A DNA stretch of 63,870 bases, the filler included, from Syncephalis fuscata S228 (taxonomy: Eukaryota; Fungi; Zoopagomycota), in assembly GCA_025786725.1 (NCBI GenBank). It is 5 parts of 5 records of this genome, joined end to end, with 100 filler letters (N's around TTAATTAATTAA, not from the genome) between each part and the next. Parts side by side here need not be neighbours in the genome. Positions count along the whole stretch, not along the records: positions 1 to 14,483 come from JAHLTZ010000231.1; 4 more parts are not named here. The stretch is one strand, 5' to 3'. Positions 1 to 14,483 of the stretch are shown in pieces (position 1 is the first letter of the stretch; each line of letters starts with the position of its first letter). Both the position numbers and the translations under genes were made by a program. The notes beneath the pieces are model-generated. The model saw only the letters and a list, made by a program, of their open reading frames with translations, searched no databases and was not told where the DNA came from.

Positions 1-394
1 GTCAATAGACTGTATATTGTAGTGACATTGTTCTTGCTTGTTTGTGATATTACTATATTTGGTAATTATAAATTATTAAACTTTTCACGCTCAATAGTCA
101 GATCTACACACTTTTTAGCATATTCTAAGCGCCTTTTTATTACCCAAAGAACAGTAATGTATCCGATTACTTCTATTATCTGTAAATAGTATCTAAGTTC
201 TTTTAACTCATATTTTGCGTATTTACATATGCCTATAACTGTTATTGTATTTTTATAGTATCATTATGATTTATGCAAATAATATTAACTATTTAGTAAA
301 CTAATTTTTTATCCATTTCTATTATTGTTATTAAACAGTTTATTAATAATTCAATATTATTCTGGTATCAAACGACTACAATTTAATAATATTT

Positions 395-760
395 GTTTTA
401 TTGAATATGATGCTAGGTGGTGAAAAATATTGATAAATAAAACGATCATCACCATAGACTTATTACCCAGCACACATATATAAACTATTCATATATATTA
501 TTTCCATTCTGTTTCACACTACTATATATCATTCAATGATACACTAGGCACATTTTATTGTTTATATACTTTAATATACTTTGTTATGTCTACTCATTAC
601 TTTAAACACGCTATATTTTTACAGTTATTTATGCTTTACCAGTGTATAGCATTATAATATACGCTAATTTATTATAGATTGGATGTGTGCTATTTAAAGT
701 CGCTGTCCATTTGGCTCTGGCTCTACTATTAATAAACTTTTATTTATGTTATTTATTTTG
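395..760 (+). repeat. Dispersed AT-rich repeat, similar to 13850-14200
   Basis: Shared blocks such as ccattctgtt(t/c)cacacta and cattttattgtttatat occur in both places in the same order. Boundaries are approximate. Confidence 0.6.
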
Positions 761-1019
761 CTTATTGAGTTATATTGATAGAACAAATAATACAGATGTG
801 TTGTTACGATCCTGACATTATAGCCATATTGCTATAATATTATGATTAGAAATTATATTTTGTGCCAAATAATTTTTATTATTTTAACACATTCGTTATT
901 ATATTAAATATATATCCATGATAATAAATGTTTTTTGGGATATAAATGACTTTTTATTATATTTACTTATTTACTACATTTGCTATTATGCTGATAAACA
1001 TATTCTATGATAATGAGTA

Positions 1020-1420
1020 CTTTTGGGTGTAAATGACTTTTATTCATTTACTATTAATCTGTTCTATGATGTATTGACATGTTGGGTAGATTGACTTTTA
1101 TTATTTACACTCCATTTATTAATCAATTAAACTCTTTTGTTTATAAATATTGACTGACAGGCTCACATCTCACAATCTACGTCATCGCACTTCCCTTTCT
1201 TTTTCTTTACACTTGACAACATATACCCATTGCATATACTTGTACACTCCATATATACTACATACATAGTATCAGTAGTTGACTGATTAATAGTTATGTA
1301 CATACACTTTCTACACTATGTACTTGCATTGCTCTTTTGCAATTGCCTTCATTATTCCGATCATTACGTTTAGCAGCTTTATTGACACGGTAAATGCATT
1401 CCTGGCTTGTTTTTATGTTA
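1020..1420 (+). repeat. Dispersed repeat, close copy at ~45520-45905 and partial copy at ~5650-5790
   Basis: acatgttgggtagattgacttttattattt ... tataaatattgactgacag(g/a)ctcacatctcacaatctacgtcatc is nearly identical at both loci. Confidence 0.8.
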
Positions 1421-4083
1421 TTTTGAGCATATGCTGTTAAATCTCGTTGTCTGCTTTGTTTTTACGATGGAGTGCAATTGCAGTTCATCTAACAGCAACT
1501 CTGCAATCTCAACAAAGGCAGTGGGATCTGCTACTGTTGAGGCTGCTTAAACTGCTGTTAATACGATCTGCCATGCGATCTATAGCAAAACAGAGTATAC
1601 AGTGTTTTTGGCAGCATATAGCCATCGTAGTCATCATGGACAGCTGCTGTATGCGCACAGCAGCAACAGTATAGAAAGCTTTGCTAGTATAGTCACTGAG
1701 CAAGTTTTCAGCACCAGTACAGCAGTGCGCTCTGCCACTGTTGATAGTGTTGTATTTATATAGCTCTAACACGATGGCAGCGGTGGTTACATGCGCTGTT
1801 AACCTCCCACCGATTGTTTTCTTTGTTATATATTCTATTATCTTACACTTCAAACATGCGTCATTTCTTTAGATTCTCAAGTAAATCTTGCTACAGTTTA
1901 TTGAATCTAGTATGCATTCATTAAACATAAACGATATCATGCAAAATATATCTGTATATTTCTATAGAATATTAAAGTATTCTTTTTACGCACTTTACAG
2001 AATAAAATAAAACTATACAGCCTTACAATAGCCATTTACTGTATATTGTGCGTGTATTAGCTAAACGTGTAAATATGCTAGCAATACTCATAAATATTAA
2101 TCTAATGGATTGTCAATTTTGCTTTTAATAGTAAATATAAATCAACAAATGCTATCTGTAATTCCTTTTATATTAAAAATGTAGGTTTAAATTATGTCTC
2201 CAAAAGTCTTCTTATTTGTCTTTATTTAGTATTAACCAATGTAAATATAATTGAATAATCAAAGAAAGTGTGTAATACTAACAACAAAAGTATATCATTT
2301 ATTTATACGTTTAAGTGAGTGAAATAAGCGCATTGCTTTGACGCTTATAATAAATGCAGCTAATGATAAACAGACACCCTTTATTAGTGGTATGTGACCA
2401 GTATATAGTACAGTGATGTACAGTAGAATGAATATATAGTAATAGGCATGAGTTGCGGTGTGGGTGTTACAATATATAACGCAATAGGCTAATTGAATAA
2501 AATGTACTGAAAGCTACAATGAATAGAATGTTTTTATCATATAATAGAATAAAATGAATGAATAGAAAATATTGTATGTTTTAGCAGTTGACAAAATATA
2601 CTATATAAAATACTCATATCTACAATATTTAAAAACAAACAAAAATGTCGGTAGTATCGTTATAGCACTAGTCAATAAACTATTCGACAGCATTCTACTC
2701 CAAGAGCTATCGTCGGATGATGCCGTATCTGGTAAATACCAACAACTATAATTGATATGTCAGTGTAACAATTGTTGCATAATGTTTCAACAACAATCAA
2801 TCAAGTACCCCTAAATGCTTACTGTCAAATATTATACAAAATAGGTTTAACGAGTTGCCTTAGCATAATGTTGACTTGGCAAATGAAATTGCAATTACCA
2901 TTAATAGGATTATTTGTTGGATTGGGCGTAATTGCAATATCTGCACGGCGCAATAAGGGCTCATTAAGACCATGATTACACATGTACTGGCCAAAGCCGG
3001 GTGTTGAATCAAAGTATATGTAATAGTGTAATGGTGATTCTTGTCTATTAAACATTGTATTATTAAAACTAGTATTTAGATTAAACAGTATCAATAGTAT
3101 CAAAAACCAGTATATATTGGACGCCTTAGGCATGCCATGAACAAATTATTATTTTAATGACTATTGCGTTGTTTGATACAATTATGGATGCTTGGTAGAT
3201 TGTCGAATTGGCTATTTTGAATATGCATAATGACTGGTTTCCCCTAGCTCACGGCATTGAAAATCTGCTTAAAGGTGAGTTGGTTTATAGTGTACACACA
3301 ATTAGCGTGACACTATGTTTTAAACGCAGAACAAGACCACACTAATTATTTAATTTCAACGTTTATGTCTCATCTTGCAGCAATATTTTCACAAAAAGTT
3401 GGTTACCACGTTCTATAACTTGTTTAAGCCGATGCCATTCAAAGAAATTGCTATGAATTACACAAGCCTTTTGTCTTCAACTGTAGGGGTATCTATATAC
3501 TATTCAAAACTATTACTTTTGTTCTATTGCTATTGAATTTGAACTAGTATAAAATAAAGTAATAGCTCGCTATTATATATTAATTATTGTGGACTAATAT
3601 CGTGTTTAAATATCAACAGAGTATGTAAAATCAAAATCAATGGTGCAAGGGTAGACGGCAGCAAATGTTGCCGTTTAGCCAGTACATGTGAATAGATTTC
3701 AGCTAGAATGGGCCTGAACTTTGGGGGGCGATGTCCCGTTACATTGAACATTTATGGAACATAAGCTGATAATAAAAATGTTACACAATATAGTAACAAA
3801 TTTATTGGTATCAGTGACTTAAGCCAGAATAGAAATTTAGAAGTTTGATGCTATAAAAGTTCAAGCAAATAACCAGGTTTATCTTGATTTATATTCATAC
3901 TTTATTTTCTATTACCTCAGCTTCTTCCTCAATCACCAAGTGCAATTTATTTCTCGCTAAATAACACTTAGCTACCTCTTTTTTGTTACAGTTTGCTATT
4001 ACAATTACTAGCTCATATAGTATCGCACACTTTTGGCGTCACTCTTTACGAGACAATACTTTTTTATAAACAGCTATACCACC

Positions 4084-5247
4084 ATGTCAGATGATTCCAA
4101 TTCAGATTCCTTTGATAATGTGACTCCAGAGGAACTTTTTTTACGTAAAGCTGAACCGGCCAGGGACATTATATTCACAATTATACTTTTTGGCTTTGGC
4201 TGTCTCCATCTTTGGCGCTATAACCAGACAAACACTAAGTATCATGGCATGATGATCGGCTCTATATTTGTTGCCTTGGTTGGCTTTGGTATACGTATTG
4301 GCGGTGCATATAATTTTGATTTTATGGCCTACTATTACTCTTTATTTATATTAACTTTTTCAGAATGGATGATTAAAGTGATTGTTGCTTATCTAATGAT
4401 AGTATGGTAAGTTATCTTTTCTTTTTTCCTTTATTTAATTAGCACCCATCCACTCGACATTGTATTGACATTATAATAACACAACTAATTGAATTTGTAC
4501 AATAGGAGTCGTTCCATGGGAAAGGCAATTGCCCAAAAAGCTCAATCAATATATCGATTTGGTGTCGGCGGAATAATTGCCTATAGCATTGGCTTTACTT
4601 TGTGGATTGTCGGCTATCTCCTTTTACTAAAGTCTACTACTTTATCGTCTGATAAAACAGCAAAAACTATAGCGAAATTTGGTGATAGTATAAACATGGC
4701 CTTTAACCTTCTTTCAGTCTGTCTGTTTATTTGGCAATTTGTGGCAACTAAGAATGATGGCGTTCCAGGATTAGGCTTTAAGCGTAGACAGCTGCTCGTA
4801 TTAGCAGCTCATTGCATTTTAATATTTGCATCTGATCTGAGCTACACTCTTGGATCCATTATGGCCGGATATATATTTTTTATTCTTGTTTTGGGTGTCG
4901 GTATCTATACACGTAAAGCTTTAACAGGATTTGATAAAGAGCCTAATCTTACCAGTTGCATGCCTATTGTTATACCCACCGTCGCTTATGGTCAGCAAAC
5001 AGTAAATATGGCAGTTAATCCTAGTATGGTGTTTATGCAGCCTGTACACATGGAGCATCCTGTTGTTTATCAACACCACGTCGACACTGAAGAAGCCAAT
5101 GCAACTACTCCAGCTATTTATACTAATGTGCAAACTGCCGATTCTTCCAAATCTAACACTTCACCATTTAGCGATGATCATGCATTTGTGGTTGAAGATT
5201 CAGCCTTAAATCCAAATCCATATGCTGCACCTTATCCACAAGAATAA
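4084..5247 (+). CDS. Multi-pass (about 7 TM) membrane protein with a Pro/Gln-rich C-terminal tail; RTA1/GPCR-like architecture. Exons 4084-4406 and 4506-5247
   Basis: ORFs 4033-4410 and 4489-5247 join in frame through intron 4407-4505 (GTAAGT...ACTAAT...TAG; TG|G = Trp). Several hydrophobic helices are present. The family assignment is inferred. Confidence 0.7.
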
Positions 5248-6288
5248 CTGATTTCGAGGCTATTTATGATATATTCGTATTTCATTAACATTGGTTAATT
5301 TAAATGAATAAACAATAAGAGGCAGCAGTTTAGTATAAAAATGTCTATTTGAAAGTGTGCGCTTTTGCTCAGAGCTTTGCCTTATTATGCTTTATTTGTA
5401 ACTATTGTCTGTTCAAATCCAGCTTTACTATTTATGAATTTGTGTTGTTTTGCTCATCAAGTCATACGCAGCGATAGAACAAACTATATTGTAAATAACA
5501 TTGCAGTATAAGGAAAATGATATACGAAAATAAATAATATATGTATACTAAATACTAAATCTATAATAATGAGTATTTATATCATTTTATTATTTTACTT
5601 TGCATTTTATAAAAGCAGTCTACCAATCGCATAGTGTATGATTTATTTCATAACTTCCTTTTTCTCTTTTTTACACTTGATAACATTTATCGATTGCACA
5701 CAATTATGCATTTTATATGCTATTTAGATGTGTCAGTAGTTGACTGATTAATAGTTAGGTGCAAACACATTTTACATTACTCTTTTGTAATTTGACCCTT
5801 TTTGTTGATTGTATTCATGTTGCTATAATTTGAATCAAATAATAAACATTTTAAAAGAAATTAATCATACTAACAAGATAAATAATATCGTGTAAGTACC
5901 ATACTTATAGTCTACATTATATTTATCATAATAATGCTATTTTATCATATATTCTCACTTTTTCAATTGCACGTTGTCCATTCGTTATATTGTATATCAA
6001 TATACCGTCTATTGATTACATGCCATCAGCAAAACTATTTGCTCATTACTAGCTGTATTTAATGCAAATACCAGTTTATTTTGTTCATAAACACTATAAC
6101 TCCATCATTGGTATTCGTGCATTTCCATTGCTTAATTGTACCATTCTATGTTATTTTATTCTTTATTGCCTATACTTCATTTAGCGATTTGATTTCTATT
6201 GCAAAATAACTATACTGTATTTTATTTATTTGTTAAATAGAGTTATTTTTTACAAATATTAAATAATTTATTAAGTATTTGATGTGCT

Positions 6289-6360
6289 TTGGAGGTCAAA
6301 TGACTAACATTTAATAGCATCCAATCTATTGAACATGATGATGGGCGGTGAATGACATCA
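6289..6360 (+). repeat. Copy of a ~100-bp dispersed motif (GGTCAAATGACT...TTGAACATGATG..GG(T/C)GGTGA)
   Basis: The same motif occurs at ~13677, ~13794 and ~35040 (+) and at ~46400, ~50945 and ~58955 (-). Confidence 0.65.
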
Positions 6361-9300
6361 ACCATCAAATACTCGTTTAGCCATGCTCTATTTAAAACCA
6401 TTGTTTGTTCAACGCTGGCTTTATTTATTATAAAAGTTGACTTATTTTACTTAGATGGAGGCAATGTAATTTCAACATCAGTATTTATGTATTTTCTTTT
6501 GCCTAGTCATTTCGCTCTGTAATATTCTTTATTTTATTAATTAGACTTTATGTATTTACAGTAGAAATAAAGCAATCGAAACTATATCGATTCAAACGCA
6601 CAATCCACGTTAAATCAAATGCCATTCATTGATTATATCACAGTGTAACGAACATAGTAAAATATTGAATTGATCACGCTGCGATAATGGCTGGTCACAC
6701 ACACACACACACACACTCGCCATTGATACTCGAAACAGGTACTGCTTTACCATGATGCATACAATACATACACGTAGAAATGTGAACGAACAAATGAATT
6801 AATGAAGGCGAGAACGGGCAACAGAGGGCCAAGCGAAGGGACGGACAAGCATCATGCGTACAATGACTGCAGTTTACTTTTCTGCGATAGGTGCTTTTCC
6901 GGTCTATGCATCCTACGACTCTAGTGCATACCATTATTATCTATAATAGTGCGTGCAAAGGATAGCTTACTGCAGCACCACGTTGTGGTACAGTTGGATG
7001 GATGAGTTGGCGGATATTAGTGTAGAAGCGATATAGCTTTTTGCTTTGTCTATGTGACCAATAACACAATGCTACCACACATCCTATCACTTTATATGGA
7101 TTGTTACCGAAAAGCGTGAATTAATGCATGAAACGACAAGTAACATTGCACGGCAGCCCGAGTCAAAATGACCTGCACAGTGATAACAGCAACAGTGCCA
7201 ATAGCAATAACGACTGTGCTTGCTCACCGACCATGCATGCATGCATTAGGCAGACAGACAGACAGACAAGCAGATATTTATGCACACACACACATACAAT
7301 GTCATCTATTAAAATGGACACCTATGACTTGTGCTACGAATTACGTCTATTCTATTGCCGTTTCGTCGTTGATTATCGCCGTCCATCTCACGTTTATTGT
7401 TTGTTGACTGATCTTTTTTCACTCACCCATATCCAACTATTGAATTTCTTTGTTTGGACAACCTGTCTGCTTGCCTGTTTGTCCGTCCGCCAGTTATCAA
7501 TTTGCTATCTACCTGTTGTTTGTCTATATGTCGGCTGTAGCGCGACGGCTCTGTGTATAGTATTGCTATTTCGATTTCACCGGCTTTTTTCCTTTGATCT
7601 TTGCGACGATATCGCACACCACCACACTCTTTTTGCTCCCTTCTATTATTGTTATACTATTTCACTGGTTACTGCGATTTGCGAGTTTATCCCATCAGTT
7701 GGTAAGTTTACAAGTGGGACTGTGTATACTGCTGCTGCTATCGTTGCTATGTCTGCTTGGTAAATTCTTCCACTGTATCTTGGTCTGCAGCCAAGTTGGT
7801 GGTACAGCATCAATGGATGGATTCGAATTTTCCGCTCCAATGATTTCTACACTGAATGAAGTCATCCCCTCTCTTAGCTCATTAGCCTTTCTTAATCCTT
7901 CTACAGTGTTAAAAGTATTTATTGAACGATAAAGCAAGTGAACCAAAAGAAAGATCTCTACCGCATAAAGTGGATATCTATCGATGGTTCATATGACACC
8001 TATAACTCCTTTATATTACGTGCATATCATATGTAGCATACCTATTATATCATATCATATTTATCTTTTGCATTATTAAAGCATTATATATTATGGAAAT
8101 CATTTAATAATCATATTTATTATGTGACTAAATGATAAACCTTTTTAATGCACTATTAGTAATCAGCTGATAATAATAATAATGATAGCGATATGGATCG
8201 GTTAAGCAGTGCCGATCTGCGCTCTTATTTTACCGCCTCCCTTTCATATGATCTATCCATGCCTATTAGATGACCATCATAATTGCCATGTCGTCATCGT
8301 CTATTCTACACGGACGCTCAGGTGGCCCATTCTCGATGTCAGGTGGTCTAAATTCGCCCATTTCTTTATCCATTTGTGTACGGTGTGATCATGATGGATT
8401 GAATGATAGAAAAGCGATATCTCTTTCTTTCCAACGTATGTGTACATATTCTTCCCTGTTTGTCCATCTATCTATCTTGCTCCATCTTGGTCTATTCTGC
8501 ATTTATTGATCTGCAACGGCAGTAATAAACAACAGCAACAATCGCAGCAATAGCAACGGCAACGACGATAATCGACGCTATCTCTGTACATCCCCTTTTG
8601 TTCTACGATTCACATCTTTCTCTTTCGCTCCTTCTTTCTATTCTTTTGTCAGTTGCTCTTTTGCGACTTCATCTCGTCACTGACTGTTCATATTTGTTCC
8701 TGCTCTGCTTCTCAGTAGTAGGAATTATTTGATGCTGGTCCAGTCATACTGAACATATCGTGTTTCTTTTACTTCTTCATTATTGTTTTTTGTTGTTGTC
8801 ACTTTTGCTTTGCATATCAAACTCCATTCTATCTTTTTTGGCACACTTGCTTCTCTTGTTTCAGCATTGTTGAAGAACCGTAATTATTCGTTGTTGTATA
8901 GTTCACGTGTGTGATATTCAATACTGTTTAGTTTCTAGTGGTCATTACGTTCTCCGCTTTTAGCCATTCTTTACTCGCTCTCTCTCACTCACCACTCATT
9001 TATTTCTTTCAACTCCGATCCCCAGCCTTACTTACTCCTCCTTCATTCTCGCTCTCCTCACTCGCTCACTCTCCCACCTACGTTCTCTCCTCACTCTCCT
9101 TTCCTATTCCTATCTCATATTCTCGTCATATTTCACTCTATTCACTTACCAATTTCTCTGACCTCTACTTTATCCATAACCGGTGTAAGTTTATTATCGG
9201 TGTTTTTAGTCTTAGTGGCCAGCATAGGTGGGCAAACTCTTCTTTTTTCCTTACCTTTATTCACTTCTACGCCCACACTCTTTTATTCGTCATTGTTTGT

Positions 9301-10001
9301 GCCTCTTTGCTTGCTTGTCTGCTTGCTTGTCTGCCATCACTTGTACCGACACCGTTGCCTATCATCTCTTAGTCCTAGCGACGTGTGCGCCCTTTTGTTG
9401 CCGCTGTCGTTTTCACCTGTTGTTTTCACCGCTTTCCTCTTGTTGCTTCTTCATTTGACCTTACGTTTAGGTTTGCGGCAACGATCGTTCATCTGAAGAC
9501 CCAAGGTGTGTTGTTCACTTTACGATACATACAAAGTCGTGTGCAAAGAATGCGCATGCGTACATCGTCCAACAACGCTGAACGATTCTGTGTAGTGCAC
9601 AGACACGGGTGTGTGTATGCATGATATATTACTAACACATGGTTGTTTATATAGGTCGTTTGAATATTTTTATTATTATTTGCTATCTAGTGTTTGCGGC
9701 AATATTGACTAGCGTATAGGCTACGTTAGCGCTACTGTCGTCAACTTATCTTTTATTTCTTTATCTTTTTGCTTTGTGGAGTATTCTAGCAGATTGCTGG
9801 CTGGTCTATTTCGCTCCAACCGTAATCTTTCAAGTATATTCCTTGGCAGCTGTGCTGACGCTTTTATCTAATTTCATATTTCCACTGTTTATTTGAACAA
9901 GTTACATACGCTGTTGTATAGGCATTTTGTGCTTTCCTCATACTTTTGCATTTCCTGCTTGATTTCAATAGCGTTTAAGTGTTTATACGGACTTTATCAT
10001 C

Positions 10002-12728
10002 ATGACGGCATCCGGATCTGTCATTACTAAGCCTCCATCCGCCCTGTTTCCTTTATTGAGCCTATTGTCGAGGAAGAAGAGGAAGAGGAATTTATGGTCA
10101 CTGCCACTTCACCAGTACAACAGCGAGCAATGCCATTATCGCCGGTAAATGCTCACATGGCCAATCACTATGCATACACAACAGGTTCAAGCCTTTCTAG
10201 GCCATCGTCCAATCTACCAATGGCTTCGCCAGTCAGTCCACAACACCAGCGTGATCATGTTTTCCGTGGATTACTACAAGAGGATACAAAAACACGCCAT
10301 GCGACTGGTGCAGCACCTATTGCCGTGAATAGTCGAAATATGAACGGTACATCTGGCGGCCAAATGTAAACGGCCATACCGACCCCGATTCGCCAACCGA
10401 CTCATCGCTAGCTGGCGGCTTACCACAGCCTCCTCACCAGCAGCCGACTCCGCCACCATCTTCTGTTGGATCAGCTATGCTTGGCTATCCAATGGCACCG
10501 TCGATATCTGCTACTATCGCAGCTGTTGCATCTGGAATGTCTTTATCGTCGCCGGCGGCGAATCGACCATGGCACAAACACTTCACCAATCACACCTGTA
10601 GCAACACAACGGCCAATGAATTCAGCGTGCCACAGTCGTTCTTTCAACCCTCTAGCAGGCCCGCTATACGGGTAACAGTACATTTGGTGTTAATAGTAAC
10701 AACAATACCGGTAATAATATAATCCAGTAATCGTAGCATTGGATTTGGTCGTGGTGTGGGCCATACCACGTCTAGTTTTAACGTGGCCGGTCTTCGTAGT
10801 TTCAATGGTAACTTTAATGGTGTCAACAGCTTTAGCGCTAATGGCCATGCCACTACTGGCGTTACAGCAATGGCAAAATCAGCAGCAGGTGTACCAAAAC
10901 AAGCATATCATGAAACACCGCAGATTCCATTGGCGTTGTCTGCGGCTGCTTCGCAATATTTTAGTGGGAGCGGACCAGGCAATGGTGCAACTAGCGGATT
11001 TAGCTTTTTAAATCATATTGGCGCATCAACCAATGGACACACGGCACCCGGCTCATCACAAAATAACTTCAACACTGTTCGTGCACCACAATCGTTAACA
11101 GGTATTGGCAACATTTTGCGCCAAGCAGAAGTACCACAACGACCAGTAAAAGAGAATAAGCCAAAGCAAACGCCGAAAACAAAACCAGCTGAGTCACAAC
11201 CATCAGAGGAAGTACGTAGCACAGCAGCACAGCTACCTTTAAACAATAAGGTCGCTAATGGACCAGTGCAAAACGAAATGACTGGTGTGCAATTAAACTC
11301 GTCTGCTTCAGCACCTCAACCTGTTAAATTGCAAAACACGCAAAACAACTCTATGAATGGTAATGACGCAGTTATGTCATCTCCAAATATTAGCAACAAC
11401 AGCAACCAGCAAAATACTTTACGACCAGCATTAACATCCATCATACCACAAGGCTTTCAATCGCCTACTCATTTGACACCTGGCAGCAATACTACGTCGA
11501 CACAAGTCAAATGGATACATTTGTCACACCACAAACACCAGTATCGCCTAACTGGGCTCGACAGCCATATCGACTTACTGATTTCAATCTATTGGACACA
11601 TTGGGCACAGGTACCTTTGGTCGAGTATTTCTTGCTCGTTCGCGTGACAACAACCAAATCCAGTTGTTCGATAATCAACAGTATTTTGCCATGAAAGTAT
11701 TAAAGAAAGTTGAAGTGGTCCGTCTAAAACAAGTGGAGCACATTAACTCAGAAAAGGATATTTTGTCGTGTGTACGTCATCCATTTATTGTAAATCTGTA
11801 AGTTATAACACTTCACCTGTTTATGCATTTTATCTAATACTTAATAATGACGATAGATTTGCTACTTTTCAAGATTCAACCAATTTGTATATGTTGATGG
11901 AGTATGTTATTGGTGGGGAGCTGTTTTCGCATCTACGACGAGCTGGCCGATTCACCAACGAAATGACAAAGTTCTATGCGGCAGAGATTGTATTGGCCAT
12001 TGAATATCTGCACAGCCAAGACACTATTTATCGCGATTTGAAGCCAGAAAACTTGTTATTAGACCATAATGGCCATGTTAAAATCACTGACTTTGGATTT
12101 GCAAAGAAGGTCGATGAAAGGTACGTAATGATCTAGTACTATCTAGCATTTAGAACACATTAATAACACGCTAAACATTCAATAGAACCTGGACACTATG
12201 TGGCACACCTGAATATCTGGCGCCTGAGATTATTCAAAGTAAAGGCCATGGCAAACCAGTTGATTGGTGGGCACTGGGCATTCTTATCTTTGAAATGCTT
12301 GCTGGTTATCCGCCATTCTTTGATGATAATCCATTTGGCATTTATGAAAAGATTCTAGCTGGTCGTATTCAATTCCCTGCTCATTTCGATCCAGCTGCCA
12401 AGGACATTGTTAAGCGTCTGTTGACCGCTGATCGAACAAAACGTTTGGGCAATTTACGTGGCGGTGCCGAAGATATTCGCAAACACAAATGGTTCCGCGA
12501 TGTTGATTGGGTAGCACTGTTAAATCGTGAAATTCAAGTAAGCATTAAACTAACAGTAATCGATTTACCAGTCACTAACCTTTATATATTATTTATTAGG
12601 CACCGATTGTTCCTAATAGTCGACACCCAGGTGATACAAGCAACTTTGAAAAGTATCCAGAACCTCCCTACCAAACACCGGATCCTCATGCACCAGATCC
12701 TTTCCGACATCTCTTCCGCGACTTTTAG
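10002..12728 (+). CDS. pkaC: cAMP-dependent protein kinase catalytic subunit with a long low-complexity N-terminal extension. Introns 11798-11857, 12121-12185, 12538-12599. Apparent indel frameshifts in the N-terminal part make the start uncertain (alternative Met at 11511)
   Basis: [55 protein letters not shown], and C-terminal GDTSNFEKY...FRHLFRDF* (PKA FxxF end). Confidence 0.93.
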
Positions 12729-13674
12729 GCCTCGTACTATCACTACTATCACTCTCTATTACTACTATATCATCAGCTATTCGATAGCAGACAGGAGAGA
12801 GAGAGAGACGGCACGATGGAAAACTTCTTTAGTACGCACCATACTTTTGCTATATTTGTATTTGCCGTGTATGTGTGCGTGTGCTTTACACATACAACTC
12901 TACTGGTCTCTTTGATTATCCCATTTGCCTACTTTTGAAGTATTGTTATGATTAGTTTATGTCAAGGCTATGTTGTTAAGATATTGCTTATATTGTTAAG
13001 TGCTATGTTATACGTGTTGTTTGGTAAAATTTATTGAAACAGTTTATTAAAAATTTTAAGTAAAATTGTTTCCTTTAAACTCTATGTAATATTTTACAGT
13101 GTATAAAATGCTAATTAAATTTATGTTATTATAAAAACATCACTGTTATAATAGCAGCTTGGGTAACTTTTACTTAGTAATGGCTGATATATTTATTGTC
13201 TTTCTATTCATGTAGTGTTTTTATTTCTCAAATTTACTTATTTAAATATATAATTAAAATACTACATTTTTATTGCTAATCTTACACATTTTCTTTGGCT
13301 ATTTATTTATATCTACATTTTATTTAAAACAAAGATGTAGAACACTTTTGAATTCATAGCTTAAAGCTACACCATTGATATAAAGAAATGACATAAATAG
13401 CAGATGCCGATTTGTATTCGTTATTGACAGAATTGATACCACATTAGAGCGATAGTTATGAATGTTGCTAGCATGTTTACATTTTAGCTAATGTATGTAC
13501 AATATACAATAAACGATTATGGTGTATAAAAGTATAGGCAATATATATATGCTATCAATTATAAAAAAGAAAGAAAAGTGCGGCAATGTAGATTGAATGC
13601 TAACAATGATAGACTGCTTTGATAAACCACAAAGCAAAATGATGAACTAATATGAATAAATATTTAATGTCATT

Positions 13675-14200
13675 TAGGGGCCAAATGACTATTTTTAATA
13701 ACATTCGCGCAATTGAACTACACATTTGTTCTATTGACATGGGGCCAAGTGGTGAGTTTTATTTAATCACTACATCATCACATTTAGTGTGATTTGGGGG
13801 TCAAATGACTAGCATTTACATACTTGAACTGCGCATTCGTTCTATTAAACATGATGATGGGTGGTGAGTAACATTAAAGTTTAACTACTCATTATTGTAG
13901 ATTTATTATCAATATGCATATACTCAGTACACGTACATATTTTATTCACCTATATCATTCCCATTCTGTTCCACACTAATATATACCGTTCTATAATACA
14001 CTAGACCCATTTTATTGTTTATATGTTCCAATATACTCTATTCATTCTCCTCATTGCATTATATGCACTATAACTTTAACATCGTTTTATATGCTTTCTT
14101 ACCATATATTTATTATTTTATGTATCATTCTATACTCGCCTAGCTTTCCTCTATCCAGTGCTATTTTTATTTTTGTTCTAGCACTATTATTAATAAATGC
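13675..14200 (+). repeat. Two tandem copies of the ~100-bp motif followed by the repeat shared with 395-760
   Basis: ttaggggccaaatgact...gtggtgagt (13675-13758) and tttgggggtcaaatgact...gtggtgagt (13793-13869). Confidence 0.65.
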
Positions 14201-14483
14201 CGACTAATGTCGGTCATTGCTTATGCATATATGCTCAATAACTTCGACACAGCTAATCGTCGCTCAATACTGTATATTCGCCATATTGTTTTGTTGTTTT
14301 ATTGTCTAATAGCTACGTGCTATCTATTGCAGCTGTCCTTTTGGTTCTAGCTGTATTATTGATAGAGTTCAACTAATCTCGCTTGTCAATCTATATACTC
14401 AGTAACTTCAACACAGCTAATCGTCACTTTAGTCTATATATTTATAATATTCTATTGCTTTATTATGTAAAAGCGGTGAGCTG

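Noticed and set aside
2640-3140. Possible decayed trypsin-like protease (a CNGDS-like stretch near 3028)
   Set aside because: No intact TAAHC or GDSGG motif and no continuous frame; the similarity is too weak to call.
6695-9624. Cluster of short ORFs upstream of PKA
   Set aside because: They overlap in several frames, contain microsatellite (CA, CAGA) or pyrimidine-rich sequence, and show no domain motifs. The region is more likely promoter or 5' UTR.
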